This document shows positions 7,466 through 17,049 of a stretch of DNA of 64,000 bases, piece after piece (position 1 is the stretch's first letter; every line of letters begins with the position of its first letter). Location: sequence record PP047752. One strand, written 5' to 3'. Position numbers and translations under genes: made by a program. The notes beneath the pieces were generated by a model. That model had not been told where the DNA came from, did no database searches, and saw nothing but the letters and a program-made list of their open reading frames with translations. Source of the stretch: Escherichia phage KEP2.

Positions 7466-7541
7466 GCTCCTATCGTATAATTGGCTATTACGGTTGCCTT
7501 GTAAGCAACTTATCAGGGTTCGAATCCTTGTGGGAGCACCA
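7466..7541 (+). tRNA. tRNA-Thr (anticodon TGT)
   Basis: Acceptor GCTCCTA/TGGGAGC, perfect anticodon stem GTTGC/GCAAC with loop CTTGTAA, T-loop TTCGAAT, CCA encoded. Confidence 0.7.
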
Positions 7542-7543
7542 AT

Positions 7544-7632
7544 TCAGAGGTCAAGTGAAAGACCGCTGGTGTCAACTGAAGACCGTAACAAATTCCACGG
7601 AGTTGAGTTAGCGGCACAACTTCAGACCTCTT
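7544..7632 (+). ncRNA. structured spacer, candidate small RNA related to the AGACC hairpin family
   Basis: Outer stem CAGAGGTC/GACCTCT, inner pairings CTGAAG/CTTCAG and CCGCT/AGCGG; contains CTGAAGACCGTAACAAATT resembling the 5' box of modules A-D. Confidence 0.3.
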
Positions 7633-7636
7633 TCAT

Positions 7637-7711
7637 ACTCGCTTAGTTTATATGGTAAAACACCACCCTTACAAGATGAAGAAAAAGGTTCAAGTCCTTT
7701 AGTGAGTACCA
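7637..7711 (+). tRNA. tRNA-Val-like (anticodon TAC), weak anticodon stem
   Basis: Acceptor ACTCGCT/AGTGAGT plus CCA, D-stem GTTT/AAAC, T-arm AAAGG-TTCAAGT-CCTTT; only 3 of 5 anticodon-stem pairs. Confidence 0.45.
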
Positions 7712-7712
7712 T

Positions 7713-7790
7713 GTTCCAGTATCCCAATTGGCAGAGGATGCAAGCTCAAACCTTGTATTAGTGACGGTTCGAATCCGTCTTGGAACACCA
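7713..7790 (+). tRNA. tRNA with anticodon CAA (Leu codon UUG) but short variable loop
   Basis: Acceptor GTTCCAG/TTGGAAC plus CCA, anticodon stem GCAAG/CTTGT with loop CTCAAAC, T-arm GACGG-TTCGAAT-CCGTC. Confidence 0.5.
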
Positions 7791-7872
7791 ATTAGTGCAT
7801 CCATAGTTTAAATGGGAAAATTACAGTCTTCCAAACTGAGGTTGAGGGTTCGATTCCCTCTGGATGCTCCAA
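7785..7872 (+). repeat. 88-bp perfect direct repeat, copy 2 (contains tRNA-Gly)
   Basis: Identical to 7372-7459. Confidence 0.85.
7797..7871 (+). tRNA. tRNA-Gly (anticodon TCC), copy 2
   Basis: Sequence identical to 7384-7458. Confidence 0.75.
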
Positions 7873-7895
7873 GTTATTTTACTCTCTCTCAATTA

Positions 7896-7968
7896 AAATA
7901 ATAATAATGCCCTGCTATAAGTATTCTTCCTTTCGCTACCGAAGAGTATTTTTAGACAGGGCTTTTTT
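7896..7968 (+). terminator. compound hairpin plus T-run at end of tRNA array
   Basis: GCCCTG…CAGGGC arms followed by TTTTTT. Confidence 0.45.
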
Positions 7969-8033
7969 ACAGAGTTATACTTTATAAGAAGACTTATACA
8001 GTATGTCTCTGACGTACATTGTGGTTTCTCCTT

Positions 8034-8057
8034 GACGGTCTCTGTACCGTCTTTTTT
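8034..8057 (+). terminator. rho-independent terminator-like hairpin
   Basis: GACGGT-CTCTGT-ACCGTC followed by TTTTTT. Confidence 0.55.
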
Positions 8058-8093
8058 AAGGAGAAACATGGTTAATTATTTGGAGAAAACATA

Positions 8094-8294
8094 ATGAGCG
8101 AGACCGTTTATAAAGAACTTTATGAAGCTAATAAGAAGCTAGAATTTATGCAGAATACTATCATGGCAATTGCAGATAGATTGTCTGTAGCAACAGGTAT
8201 TGATATCAAAGAAGCCTCTATGGATGCACTCCTTGATGCTGTTGATGCAAAGTTCGAAGTTAAGAAAGAAGAGACTGCTACAGACTCTGAATAA
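8094..8294 (+). CDS. hypothetical protein (first gene of morphogenesis module)
   Basis: 66-aa ORF preceded by GGAGAAA RBS. Confidence 0.45.
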   Translation: MSETVYKELYEANKKLEFMQNTIMAIADRLSVATGIDIKEASMDALLDAVDAKFEVKKEETATDSE

Positions 8295-8315
8295 TTCTAT
8301 TTGCGGAGGTGCTTA

Positions 8316-9917
8316 ATGGACTTAAATGCTGTTAAGCAGAAGCGAGTGGAAGATGTTAGGAAAGTCCTAGCTGGAGAGTTGGGGCTTTCTGATGAAGTAA
8401 AAGAAATTATCAAATCATTCGGTAAAGACCCCTCTAAATTCCTTCCAACTCAAATTCTGACTTTATTAAGATACACACCAGACCAAGTTAGACTTATCTT
8501 CAAATTGATGACTGATAAGAACTATGTAGCCCCTCAGCCGGGTTCTCAAGAGGTCTTTTTAAATACTAATGCTGACTTGGTTCTCTATGGTGGTGCTGCT
8601 GGTGCTGGTAAAACTGCTGCATTGTTAATGGACTCTTTAAGGTTTATTGAAGACCCTAACTATAATGCTGTATATTTCCGTCGAAATACAACACAGTTAC
8701 AAGGTGGTTTATGGCCTGCTGCAAAGAAACTATTTGGTAAGTTTGGTGGGGTTCCTCACGAGCAGAAGATGACTATCACATTCCCTTCTGGGGCAACTAT
8801 CAAGTTCACCTACCTAGAACTTGAAAAGCACGCTGAAGGCCATCAGGGTATTGAATACTCAGCTATCTACTTTGACGAAGGTACACACTTCTCTGCTTCA
8901 CAGATTTCATACCTACAGACCCGTCTACGTTCTGGTGCTGAAGGTGACTCATACATGAAGATTTCTATGAACCCAGATAGAGACCACTTCATTTATGATT
9001 GGGTAGAACCCTTCTTAGATGAAGAGGGTTACCCAGACCCTGAGAAGTGCGGTCGTATTCGTTGGTATGTTATGAATGATGGTGTGATGGTTTCTGATTG
9101 GGAGAGAGACAAGATTCTTGAAATGTTCCCTCTTGAGATTCCCCAGACATACACCTTCATCTCTGGTACGATTGATGATAACCCAATTCTTGACTTCTTA
9201 GAACCTAAATACCGTGGTAAGTTGGAAAACAACACACCTGTAAACGTTGCAAGACTTCGTTTCGGTAACTGGAAGGCTCGTGCAGAAGGTTCAAACTATT
9301 GGCAAAGACAATGGTGTGAGATTGTTGATTCACTCCCAGAAGATGTGTTTGATGTCAGAGCATGGGACTTAGCAGCAACTTTACCATCTGAGATTAACCC
9401 TAATCCAGACTGGACAGCGGGTGTTAAGATGGGTAAATCTAAAAAAGACGGTTGCTATTATATCATTGATGTAGTAAGATTTAGAGATAGACCCTCTGGA
9501 GTCGAAACACAAATTAATTTGACTGCTGAAAGTGACGGTAAGCGAACTGGTATTTTTATCCCTCAAGACCCAGGCGCTGCTGGTAAATCCTATGCAACAT
9601 CCCTCATCAGGAAACTTGCCGAGAAAGGTTATCGCGCAAGAGCTAAACCAACAAATAAAGATAAAGTTACCCGCTTTGCGGGATTTTCTGCTGCTTCTGA
9701 AGCTGGACTTGTAAAAGTCTTGAGAGGTAGTTGGAACGAAGCTTATTTCCAAGAACTTGAAGGTTTTTGTGGTGATGGCAAAACTAAAGATGACCAAGTG
9801 GATGCTACCAGTGATGCTTTCAACAGTCTTAATGAAGTTAAATTATTCAAGCCACCATCAATGGGTGCTCACACAGACTTAGTGAGAGGAAACCCATATG
9901 AGGGGCTTAGACGTTGA
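8316..9917 (+). CDS. terL: terminase large subunit
   Basis: Walker A LYGGAAGAGKT; size and position ahead of portal; start moved to ATG 8316 (RBS GGAGG at 8305-8309). Confidence 0.85.
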   Translation: MDLNAVKQKRVEDVRKVLAGELGLSDEVKEIIKSFGKDPSKFLPTQILTLLRYTPDQVRLIFKLMTDKNYVAPQPGSQEVFLNTNADLVLYGGAAGAGKTAALLMDSLRFIEDPNYNAVYFRRNTTQLQGGLWPAAKKLFGKFGGVPHEQKMTITFPSGATIKFTYLELEKHAEGHQGIEYSAIYFDEGTHFSASQISYLQTRLRSGAEGDSYMKISMNPDRDHFIYDWVEPFLDEEGYPDPEKCGRIRWYVMNDGVMVSDWERDKILEMFPLEIPQTYTFISGTIDDNPILDFLEPKYRGKLENNTPVNVARLRFGNWKARAEGSNYWQRQWCEIVDSLPEDVFDVRAWDLAATLPSEINPNPDWTAGVKMGKSKKDGCYYIIDVVRFRDRPSGVETQINLTAESDGKRTGIFIPQDPGAAGKSYATSLIRKLAEKGYRARAKPTNKDKVTRFAGFSAASEAGLVKVLRGSWNEAYFQELEGFCGDGKTKDDQVDATSDAFNSLNEVKLFKPPSMGAHTDLVRGNPYEGLRR

Positions 9918-9924
9918 TAGCTAG

Positions 9925-11400
9925 GTGAGAAGAATGGCAGAAATTACAGAAACACAAGAAAGCTTACCACCATTTAGAATGGGTGAAGTAGGTTCTTTGG
10001 GTCTGAAGGTTAAGAATGGTAGAATCTATGAAGAACCTCGTCAGGCACTAAGGTTCCCTGAAAGTATTAAAACTTTCCAATTAATGATGCGTGACCCTGC
10101 TGTAGCAGCATCTGTAAATATTATTAAGATGTTTGTCAGAAAAGTCAACTGGAGATTCGTACCTCCAAAGGGAAAAGAGCAAGACCCTAAAATGCTTGAA
10201 AGAGCAGACTTCTTTAATTCTTTAATGGATGACATGGAGCATGATTGGGCAGATTTTATTAACTCTGTAATGTCATTCTGCACTTATGGGTTCTGTGTTA
10301 ACGAAAAGGTTTATAAGAAACGTCAGGGTAAAAAAGGAAAGTACCAGTCAAAATTTGATGATGGTCTAATTGGGTGGGCTAAATTACCAATCAGAAACCA
10401 GTCAACACTTGATAAGTGGTATTTTGACGAAGACTTTAGAAAAGTTACTGGTGTCAGACAAAATCTAAGAAATGTTTCACATATTGCTGGAGCAATTAAT
10501 CTTGGGGAAAGACCACTAACAAGAAAACTTCCACGAGCTAAATTCATGCTGTTTAAGTATGATGATGAGTATGGTAACCCAGAAGGTCGTTCACCATTAC
10601 TTAACGCTTATGTACCGTGGAAGTATAAAGTACAGATTGAAGAGTATGAAGCTGTTGGTGTTTCAAGAGACTTAGTAGGTATGCCAAAAATTGGTTTACC
10701 ACCAGACTATCTAGATGAAAATGCAGAACCTGAAAAGAAAGCTTTCGTACAATACTGCAAAACTGTTGTTAATGATATGATTGCTAACGATAGAGCAGGT
10801 TTAATCTGGCCTAGATATATCGACCCAGATACTAAAGAGGATATTTTTGAGTTCTCATTAGTTTCTAGACAGGGTGCTAAAGCATATGACACAGGCTCTA
10901 TCATTGACAGATATTCTAAGCAGATTATGATGGCATTTATGTCAGATGTTCTTGCTATGGGTCAGTCAAAGTACGGTTCATTCTCTCTTGCAGATTCTAA
11001 GACAAGTCTATTAGCAATGTCAGTAGATATTCTGCTGAAGCAAATTAAGAACGTAATTAACCGTGACTTAGTTGCACAGACTTATGCTCTTAATATGTGG
11101 GATGATGAAGAACATGTACAAATCACATATGATGATATCGAAACTCCAGACCTTGAAGCAATTGGTTCTTATATTCAGAAGACTGTTGCAGTAGGTGCTT
11201 TGGAAGTTGACAAAGAGCTATCTAATAAACTTAGAGAGCATATTGGTCTTCCTCCTGCTGATGAGTCTCAGCCAGTATCTGAAAAGCTTTCTCCAAATAG
11301 CCAAAGCCGTTCAGGGGATGGTTATAAGACCGCTGGAGAAGGTACTGCAAAGACACCTTCAGCGAAAGACCCAAGCACAGCAAATAAGGCAAATAAATAA
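9925..11400 (+). CDS. portal protein (by synteny)
   Basis: 491-aa ORF directly after terminase. Confidence 0.6.
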   Translation: MRRMAEITETQESLPPFRMGEVGSLGLKVKNGRIYEEPRQALRFPESIKTFQLMMRDPAVAASVNIIKMFVRKVNWRFVPPKGKEQDPKMLERADFFNSLMDDMEHDWADFINSVMSFCTYGFCVNEKVYKKRQGKKGKYQSKFDDGLIGWAKLPIRNQSTLDKWYFDEDFRKVTGVRQNLRNVSHIAGAINLGERPLTRKLPRAKFMLFKYDDEYGNPEGRSPLLNAYVPWKYKVQIEEYEAVGVSRDLVGMPKIGLPPDYLDENAEPEKKAFVQYCKTVVNDMIANDRAGLIWPRYIDPDTKEDIFEFSLVSRQGAKAYDTGSIIDRYSKQIMMAFMSDVLAMGQSKYGSFSLADSKTSLLAMSVDILLKQIKNVINRDLVAQTYALNMWDDEEHVQITYDDIETPDLEAIGSYIQKTVAVGALEVDKELSNKLREHIGLPPADESQPVSEKLSPNSQSRSGDGYKTAGEGTAKTPSAKDPSTANKANK

Positions 11401-11900
11401 TGGCTGAAGTTATCTCTATTTCAAATGCTACACGAGTGCATTCGTATAGAGGTGTCCTTATCATTACTGATAAGTTATCTGTAGAGGCTGGCTCAAGGGT
11501 CAGCCTTTCAGGTTATGTTAGTGATGGTGGAATCTCTGACGTTTTCACTATTTGCAGGTTACTTGATGCACCAATGAGTGGAAAACCGTTTATTTCAGGA
11601 AATTGTAGTGAAATTGTTAAAATTCCATTTGACAGTTCATGCCTTTTGGGTGTAAAGTTATATAACTGCGAGAATAAACGTATCAATGTTAATAGCATTG
11701 AAGCCGCTTTCATTACCCTCGACACTGCATTTCAATCTCCAATGACAGTTAATAAAGAAACAAACAGACTTGAATACATTTTTTCACAAAATGATTACAA
11801 AGTACTTGTCAAAGGTAAAGTATATGATATGATTGTAAATGTGGTAGATGAATCCGGTAACCATTCAACAGTCCTTAAACAAAAAGTAAGGTTTAATTAA
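11400..11900 (+). CDS. hypothetical head-module protein
   Basis: 166-aa ORF, start overlaps portal stop. Confidence 0.45.
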   Translation: MAEVISISNATRVHSYRGVLIITDKLSVEAGSRVSLSGYVSDGGISDVFTICRLLDAPMSGKPFISGNCSEIVKIPFDSSCLLGVKLYNCENKRINVNSIEAAFITLDTAFQSPMTVNKETNRLEYIFSQNDYKVLVKGKVYDMIVNVVDESGNHSTVLKQKVRFN

Positions 11901-12232
11901 TGGGAACATTAACTATTGATGGTAAGAATAAAATCCTCGCCACGCTAACCCCAACGACTATTATTTTACACAATGTAGACCCAACGGCAGACCCTACAGC
12001 AAATAAGGTTACTCAGCCAGTGGCTATTTATTTTTCTGAACCGGATAATGGCTTAATTGCCTCAGAAGACACAGTTAATATCACTGTTCCAGCTTCTGCA
12101 ACGGTCTCACACTATAGCTTGTGGGATGCTAACGATAAATGCGTGGCAACTGGTGCTCTTAGCAAACCTCAATTCTTTGCTGAAGAAGGTATCTATGTTA
12201 TCTCTTCAGTCTCTGTAGATTTAAACAAATAG
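11900..12232 (+). CDS. hypothetical head-module protein
   Basis: 110-aa ORF, overlapping stop/start. Confidence 0.45.
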   Translation: MGTLTIDGKNKILATLTPTTIILHNVDPTADPTANKVTQPVAIYFSEPDNGLIASEDTVNITVPASATVSHYSLWDANDKCVATGALSKPQFFAEEGIYVISSVSVDLNK

Positions 12233-12243
12233 GGTGAGTAAAA

Positions 12244-13590
12244 ATGAGTTCGAATATCTTCAGACTTGCTGATAGATTATTCAACCAACCTTTACTAGCC
12301 ACTGAATCCTTAGCTCACTCAGCAGCAACTTATGTGAATAACAGATTGCTGGGTGATGTCCAAGCAGCAGTAAACTTTGATAAACCCAAAGGTGAAGCAA
12401 GAAGTCTTTTAAAAGTAAAAGATGACATTGCTATTATCCCTATTATGGGTGGTTTAACTCATCGTATGACATTCATTGATGCAATGTGTACAGGTGGTTT
12501 AAGCTCTTATGAAGGTTTGCGCAGAGGCTTTGACGAAGCTTTAGCAGATGAGTCAATCAAGACTATTGTTCTGCATATTGATTCTGGTGGTGGTGAAGCT
12601 TCAGGTTGCTTTGAATTAGCACGTCACATCATGGCTTCAAGAGGCCAAAAGAAAATTATTGCTTATGTAGATGAGTTCGCTTGTTCCGCTGCATATGCTC
12701 TTGCATCTTCTGCTGAAGAAATTATTGCATCACCAGATGCAGATGTTGGTTCTATTGGTGTAATCATGGTTCATCAGGAATTAACTAAGGCATTTGAAAA
12801 GAATGGCGTAACAATTAACGTCATCAAAGCTGGTGAGTTTAAAGGTATGGGTTCACCATTCCAAGCACTTTCAGAAGAAAGCAAAGAAAGACTTCAAAAG
12901 AGAATTAATGATACCTACGCAACCTTTACAGGTTTTGTAGCTGAATCTCGCAATCTCTCTGAAGAAGCTGTAAAGAATACTGAGGCGAATGTTTATTCTG
13001 CTCAGGAAGCTCTTGAACTTGGTTTAATTAACTCAATCATGTCTCAAGATGATTTCTTAAATTACTTACAAGGTTCTGAAGAGGCTCCTGTAAGTTTAAA
13101 CGTTAACAATTCAGGTGAAGAAATGACTGAACAAGAAAAGCAAGAACTAGAAGCTTTGCGTCTTCAGGTTGCTCAAATGAAAGCTAAAGAACAGGAAGCT
13201 GCTTTGTCAGATTTGACTAATAAGATTTCTGCTTCTGCTGAAGCTTTTGGATTTGATGCAAAAGAAGCTGCAACGACTATTTTAGGTGCTGGTCTTGATA
13301 ACCCTCTGAGCGTTCTGTTTATGAATGCTATGGAAGGTGCTAACCAGAAACTTAATGAAACTATCGCGTCCCATGCTTCTGCAATGGAAGAAAAAGAATC
13401 AGAAATTACCAAGCTGAAAGAAACTGCTGGTGCTGTTCTTGAACATTCCAACGCTATGGAAGAAGTGGGTAATGACGGCGAAGCTGATTTGGTTGAAGAA
13501 GAAAAAGAACCAGCTAAGAATGCTTCCGAAGACACCGCTGAACAACGCAAACTGGCTCTCCAGAATGCTCTAAAATCTCTTATCAAATAA
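12244..13590 (+). CDS. prohead protease (S49/ClpP-like) with C-terminal scaffold-like coiled-coil region
   Basis: IPIMGGL…HIDSGGGEASG serine-peptidase-like N-half; E/K/A-rich C-terminal half. Confidence 0.6.
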   Translation: MSSNIFRLADRLFNQPLLATESLAHSAATYVNNRLLGDVQAAVNFDKPKGEARSLLKVKDDIAIIPIMGGLTHRMTFIDAMCTGGLSSYEGLRRGFDEALADESIKTIVLHIDSGGGEASGCFELARHIMASRGQKKIIAYVDEFACSAAYALASSAEEIIASPDADVGSIGVIMVHQELTKAFEKNGVTINVIKAGEFKGMGSPFQALSEESKERLQKRINDTYATFTGFVAESRNLSEEAVKNTEANVYSAQEALELGLINSIMSQDDFLNYLQGSEEAPVSLNVNNSGEEMTEQEKQELEALRLQVAQMKAKEQEAALSDLTNKISASAEAFGFDAKEAATTILGAGLDNPLSVLFMNAMEGANQKLNETIASHASAMEEKESEITKLKETAGAVLEHSNAMEEVGNDGEADLVEEEKEPAKNASEDTAEQRKLALQNALKSLIK

Positions 13591-13601
13591 GGAACACAAT
13601 A

Positions 13602-13979
13602 ATGGCATATCAAGGTTTTACTAAGTTAGGTAAAAGAGAACCTCTGAATGATATCATTCTTTGGGAACAGGTTACCCCAACAGGCCACTCTCGTAAAGAG
13701 TACACTCCAGTTGCTTCAACAGAATACCGTGTAGGTGAAGTTCTGAAAGCAGACGGTACTAAGGTACAAGCTGGAGAAGAAACTCAGGCTGATTCTGTAT
13801 GTATCGTTAACTTTTATGCAGACCTGCAACTGTCTTACCACGGTCAGTTGAAAGTTGTCGGTATTTACCGTGATGCAGAATTAAAAGACATGCTGACTCT
13901 TGAATCAAGCGTTGATGCTGATGCAGTCAAGAAAGCACTGGCTGCTAAAGGTATTGATTTCGTACCAACTGGCCTGTAA
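13602..13979 (+). CDS. hypothetical head protein (decoration?)
   Basis: 125-aa ORF between protease and capsid gene. Confidence 0.4.
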   Translation: MAYQGFTKLGKREPLNDIILWEQVTPTGHSRKEYTPVASTEYRVGEVLKADGTKVQAGEETQADSVCIVNFYADLQLSYHGQLKVVGIYRDAELKDMLTLESSVDADAVKKALAAKGIDFVPTGL

Positions 13980-14012
13980 TAACAATAATAAGACATTCTG
14001 GAGAATTTTACA

Positions 14013-15125
14013 ATGTTGACTAATTCTGAAAAAAGCAGATTTTTCCTTGCTGACCTGACTGGTGAAGTCCAGTCTATCCCAAATACTTATGGGTATATTT
14101 CCAACTTAGGTCTGTTCCGTTCAGCACCAATCACCCAAACTACTTTCCTTATGGACTTGACTGATTGGGATGTTAGCTTGCTTGATGCGGTAGACCGTGA
14201 TAGCCGTAAAGCAGAGACTAGCGCACCTGAGCGTGTTCGTCAAATCAGCTTCCCAATGATGTACTTCAAAGAAGTTGAAAGCATCACTCCTGATGAAATT
14301 CAGGGTGTACGTCAGCCAGGCACTGCAAACGAGCTTACTACTGAAGCTGTAGTACGTGCTAAGAAGCTGATGAAGATTCGTACCAAGTTCGATATTACTC
14401 GTGAGTTCCTGTTTATGCAAGCTCTGAAGGGTAAAGTTGTTGATGCTCGTGGTACTCTGTACGCTGACCTGTACAAGCAGTTCGACGTTGAGAAGAAGAC
14501 TATTCACTTCGACCTTGACAATCCTAATGCTGACATCGACGCTGCTATTGAAGAACTGCGTATGCACATGGAAGACGAAGCTAAGACTGGCACTGTAATC
14601 AACGGTGAAGAAATTCACGTAGTCGTTGACCGTGTATTCTTCAGCAAACTGGTTAAGCATCCTAAGATTCGTGACGCTTATCTTGCACAGCAGACTCCGC
14701 TGGCTTGGCAGCAGATTACTGGTTCTCTGAGAACTGGTGGTACTGACGGCGTTCAGGCTCATATGAATACTTTCTACTACGGTGGTGTTAAGTTTGTCCA
14801 GTACAACGGTAAGTTCAAAGACAAGCGCGGTAAGGTTCACACTCTGGTTAGCATTGATGGTGTTACTCAGGATGGAACTGTAGGTGTAGGTCATGCTTTC
14901 CCTAACGTTTCTATGCTGGGTGAAGCAAACAACATCTTCGAAGTGGCATATGGTCCATGTCCTAAGATGGGTTATGCAAATACACTTGGTCAGGAACTGT
15001 ACGTATTCGAATACGAAAAAGACCGTGACGAAGGTATCGACTTTGAAGCTCACTCTTACATGCTGCCATACTGTACTCGTCCTCAGTTGCTGGTAGATGT
15101 TCGTTCTGACGCTAAAGGTGGCTGA
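14013..15125 (+). CDS. major capsid protein (by synteny)
   Basis: 370-aa ORF after protease/scaffold; highly expressed-looking codon usage. Confidence 0.6.
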   Translation: MLTNSEKSRFFLADLTGEVQSIPNTYGYISNLGLFRSAPITQTTFLMDLTDWDVSLLDAVDRDSRKAETSAPERVRQISFPMMYFKEVESITPDEIQGVRQPGTANELTTEAVVRAKKLMKIRTKFDITREFLFMQALKGKVVDARGTLYADLYKQFDVEKKTIHFDLDNPNADIDAAIEELRMHMEDEAKTGTVINGEEIHVVVDRVFFSKLVKHPKIRDAYLAQQTPLAWQQITGSLRTGGTDGVQAHMNTFYYGGVKFVQYNGKFKDKRGKVHTLVSIDGVTQDGTVGVGHAFPNVSMLGEANNIFEVAYGPCPKMGYANTLGQELYVFEYEKDRDEGIDFEAHSYMLPYCTRPQLLVDVRSDAKGG

Positions 15126-15145
15126 TAAACTTAGGAGGGTTATGA

Positions 15146-15595
15146 ATGTGTTATACAGGCGACCCAGCCAATAACCCTCTTGATAGAGTAAGAATCCTCT
15201 GCACAGACACCAATAATGATGAAATTCTTATTGAGCAGTCTGTGCTAGAGTGGTTCTATCTAGAATCTGGAAAGGATGAAAAGAAAGCAGCCATCAAAGC
15301 TCTTAAATATTTACTCTTTCAAGTAGCCAAGATGGGAGATGAGAAGGTTGGTGGTGTTTATTTACGTAACTCTTCCAGATTCAAATCTCTGAAAGCTGTT
15401 TATGACGACCTTGTTAAAAGCTCTGTTTCAGGACTGCCCTATGCAGGTGGTATTAATCAGTGTGACATTGATATGCGTCGTCAGAATCCTTGCTCTGTCA
15501 AGAAATACACAGAATATGGTGATGCTGCCAGATACGAAGGCAGAGATTACTGCAACCGTGTTAATGGCGTATTTATTATCGAGCGAGATGAATAA
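15146..15595 (+). CDS. hypothetical head-tail joining protein
   Basis: 149-aa ORF. Confidence 0.4.
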   Translation: MCYTGDPANNPLDRVRILCTDTNNDEILIEQSVLEWFYLESGKDEKKAAIKALKYLLFQVAKMGDEKVGGVYLRNSSRFKSLKAVYDDLVKSSVSGLPYAGGINQCDIDMRRQNPCSVKKYTEYGDAARYEGRDYCNRVNGVFIIERDE

Positions 15596-16077
15596 TGGTT
15601 AAAAGGGTTATTCACCCCGCTAGAGCAAAATTAGTCGGGGCTATGAAGAACTTGCAAACGGCTAATGCTCAAGTTGGGTATTTTCAAGAACAAGGTCAAC
15701 ATAGCTCTGGTTTTTCTTATCCTGCTTTAATGTATTTACAAGAAGTCATTGGGGTTCCTTCAGCTTCTGGTAAAGTATATCGTAGGTTGTTTGAAATCAC
15801 TATGATGCTAAACAAACAGACCTTGTTAGAGCAGACTAAGAAGAATCTATATAAGCAACTTAGCAGTCTCAACACAGACCCTTCAAATACCTTAGAAGCA
15901 TTTGCAAAGAATGCTCAGAAGGCAATTAAAAGAGGTTTTGGTAATTCTGCTATCCTCCCTCCTAACGCACCTTCCACAGTCAAGAAAAAAGGCTTTAATG
16001 CACCTCTTGTTGAGACAGGTGACTTAAGGGAGAACCTTGCTTATAAAATTTCTACTAAGAAGGGTATTAAAAAATGA
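15595..16077 (+). CDS. hypothetical head-tail joining protein
   Basis: 160-aa ORF. Confidence 0.4.
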   Translation: MVKRVIHPARAKLVGAMKNLQTANAQVGYFQEQGQHSSGFSYPALMYLQEVIGVPSASGKVYRRLFEITMMLNKQTLLEQTKKNLYKQLSSLNTDPSNTLEAFAKNAQKAIKRGFGNSAILPPNAPSTVKKKGFNAPLVETGDLRENLAYKISTKKGIKK

Positions 16078-16475
16078 GACTCTTAAACAGACACAGCTTT
16101 GTAGTAAAGCGTAAAGTCTCTGAAGACGGTTATTATAATGATGATGGTAATTGGGTAGCTTCACAAGATATTGTAGAGGTTAACTGTAAAGGTAATATCC
16201 AGCCATATATCAAAGGTTCTGTAAAGAATGGTACACAGATTGCTTTACCGGAAGGTATTAGGCTTACCGATACAAGAATCCTGTATACCACATATAAACT
16301 TAGAACTTCAGATGATGTAGAGTGGAATGAGTCTGACATTGTTATGATTGATGGTCATGAGTATGAAGTATTCATGACTATGGATTGGTCACAGCAATTA
16401 GCCCATACATCCCATTATGAATATATCATTATTAGAAGGGATAAAATGAATGCAGTTAGAAACAGCAGAACTTGA
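16074..16475 (+). CDS. hypothetical head-tail joining protein
   Basis: 133-aa ORF. Confidence 0.4.
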   Translation: MRLLNRHSFVVKRKVSEDGYYNDDGNWVASQDIVEVNCKGNIQPYIKGSVKNGTQIALPEGIRLTDTRILYTTYKLRTSDDVEWNESDIVMIDGHEYEVFMTMDWSQQLAHTSHYEYIIIRRDKMNAVRNSRT

Positions 16476-17049
16476 AAAAGGTCTAGTTAGAACCTTAGTG
16501 GATGTTATTGGTCACAGACTAGCTCGTGATAAAAATAATAGACCAAATGTAATTAGAGCTTACCCTTCTGATAACTCAAATGACAAAGGTTTAAAACCTG
16601 ACCAGCCATTTATTACCGTATATTGTCAAGACGCTGCAACACCTTATGGTTGGGTTCTTGATAAGTTTGTTGAGGATGATGTAGTTTGCTACAGAATTGC
16701 TTTTCAGATTCCAGTATTAATTACGGTGAATGGTAAAGGTGCTCACAGTATTATGCTTGAGCTTAAACAACGATTAGAGATGAGTTCAGTCAGAGATTTA
16801 ATTCTTGAAGAGACAGGAGCTACAGTTTTAGACACTGGAGCTATCCCAAATGACTATACTTATCTTAATACAGATTTCGAAAATTCTGCACCTCTTGTTG
16901 TAACTCTTGTAAAAAATTCAGTCCTGAAAGATGAACGTGGAAGTATTATTGAACGTGTCATTGTTGATGGTGAATTAGTTTACGAAGAAGGACAAGAGCC
17001 ACCAGAATATACTATCCATCTAGATGTAGACTCCAAAGGGGTAAAATAA
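16450..17049 (+). CDS. hypothetical tail completion protein
   Basis: 199-aa ORF. Confidence 0.4.
   Translation: MQLETAELEKGLVRTLVDVIGHRLARDKNNRPNVIRAYPSDNSNDKGLKPDQPFITVYCQDAATPYGWVLDKFVEDDVVCYRIAFQIPVLITVNGKGAHSIMLELKQRLEMSSVRDLILEETGATVLDTGAIPNDYTYLNTDFENSAPLVVTLVKNSVLKDERGSIIERVIVDGELVYEEGQEPPEYTIHLDVDSKGVK

Noticed and set aside
6603-7646. Track ORFs 6603..6806(+) and 7464..7646(+)
   Set aside because: Both overlap tRNA genes or structured spacer and have no RBS; treated as chance frames.
14121-15053. 310-aa antisense ORF inside the major capsid gene
   Set aside because: Entirely within the sense-strand capsid gene, with low-complexity V/N/S/T-rich translation; long antisense frames are common opposite highly biased genes.
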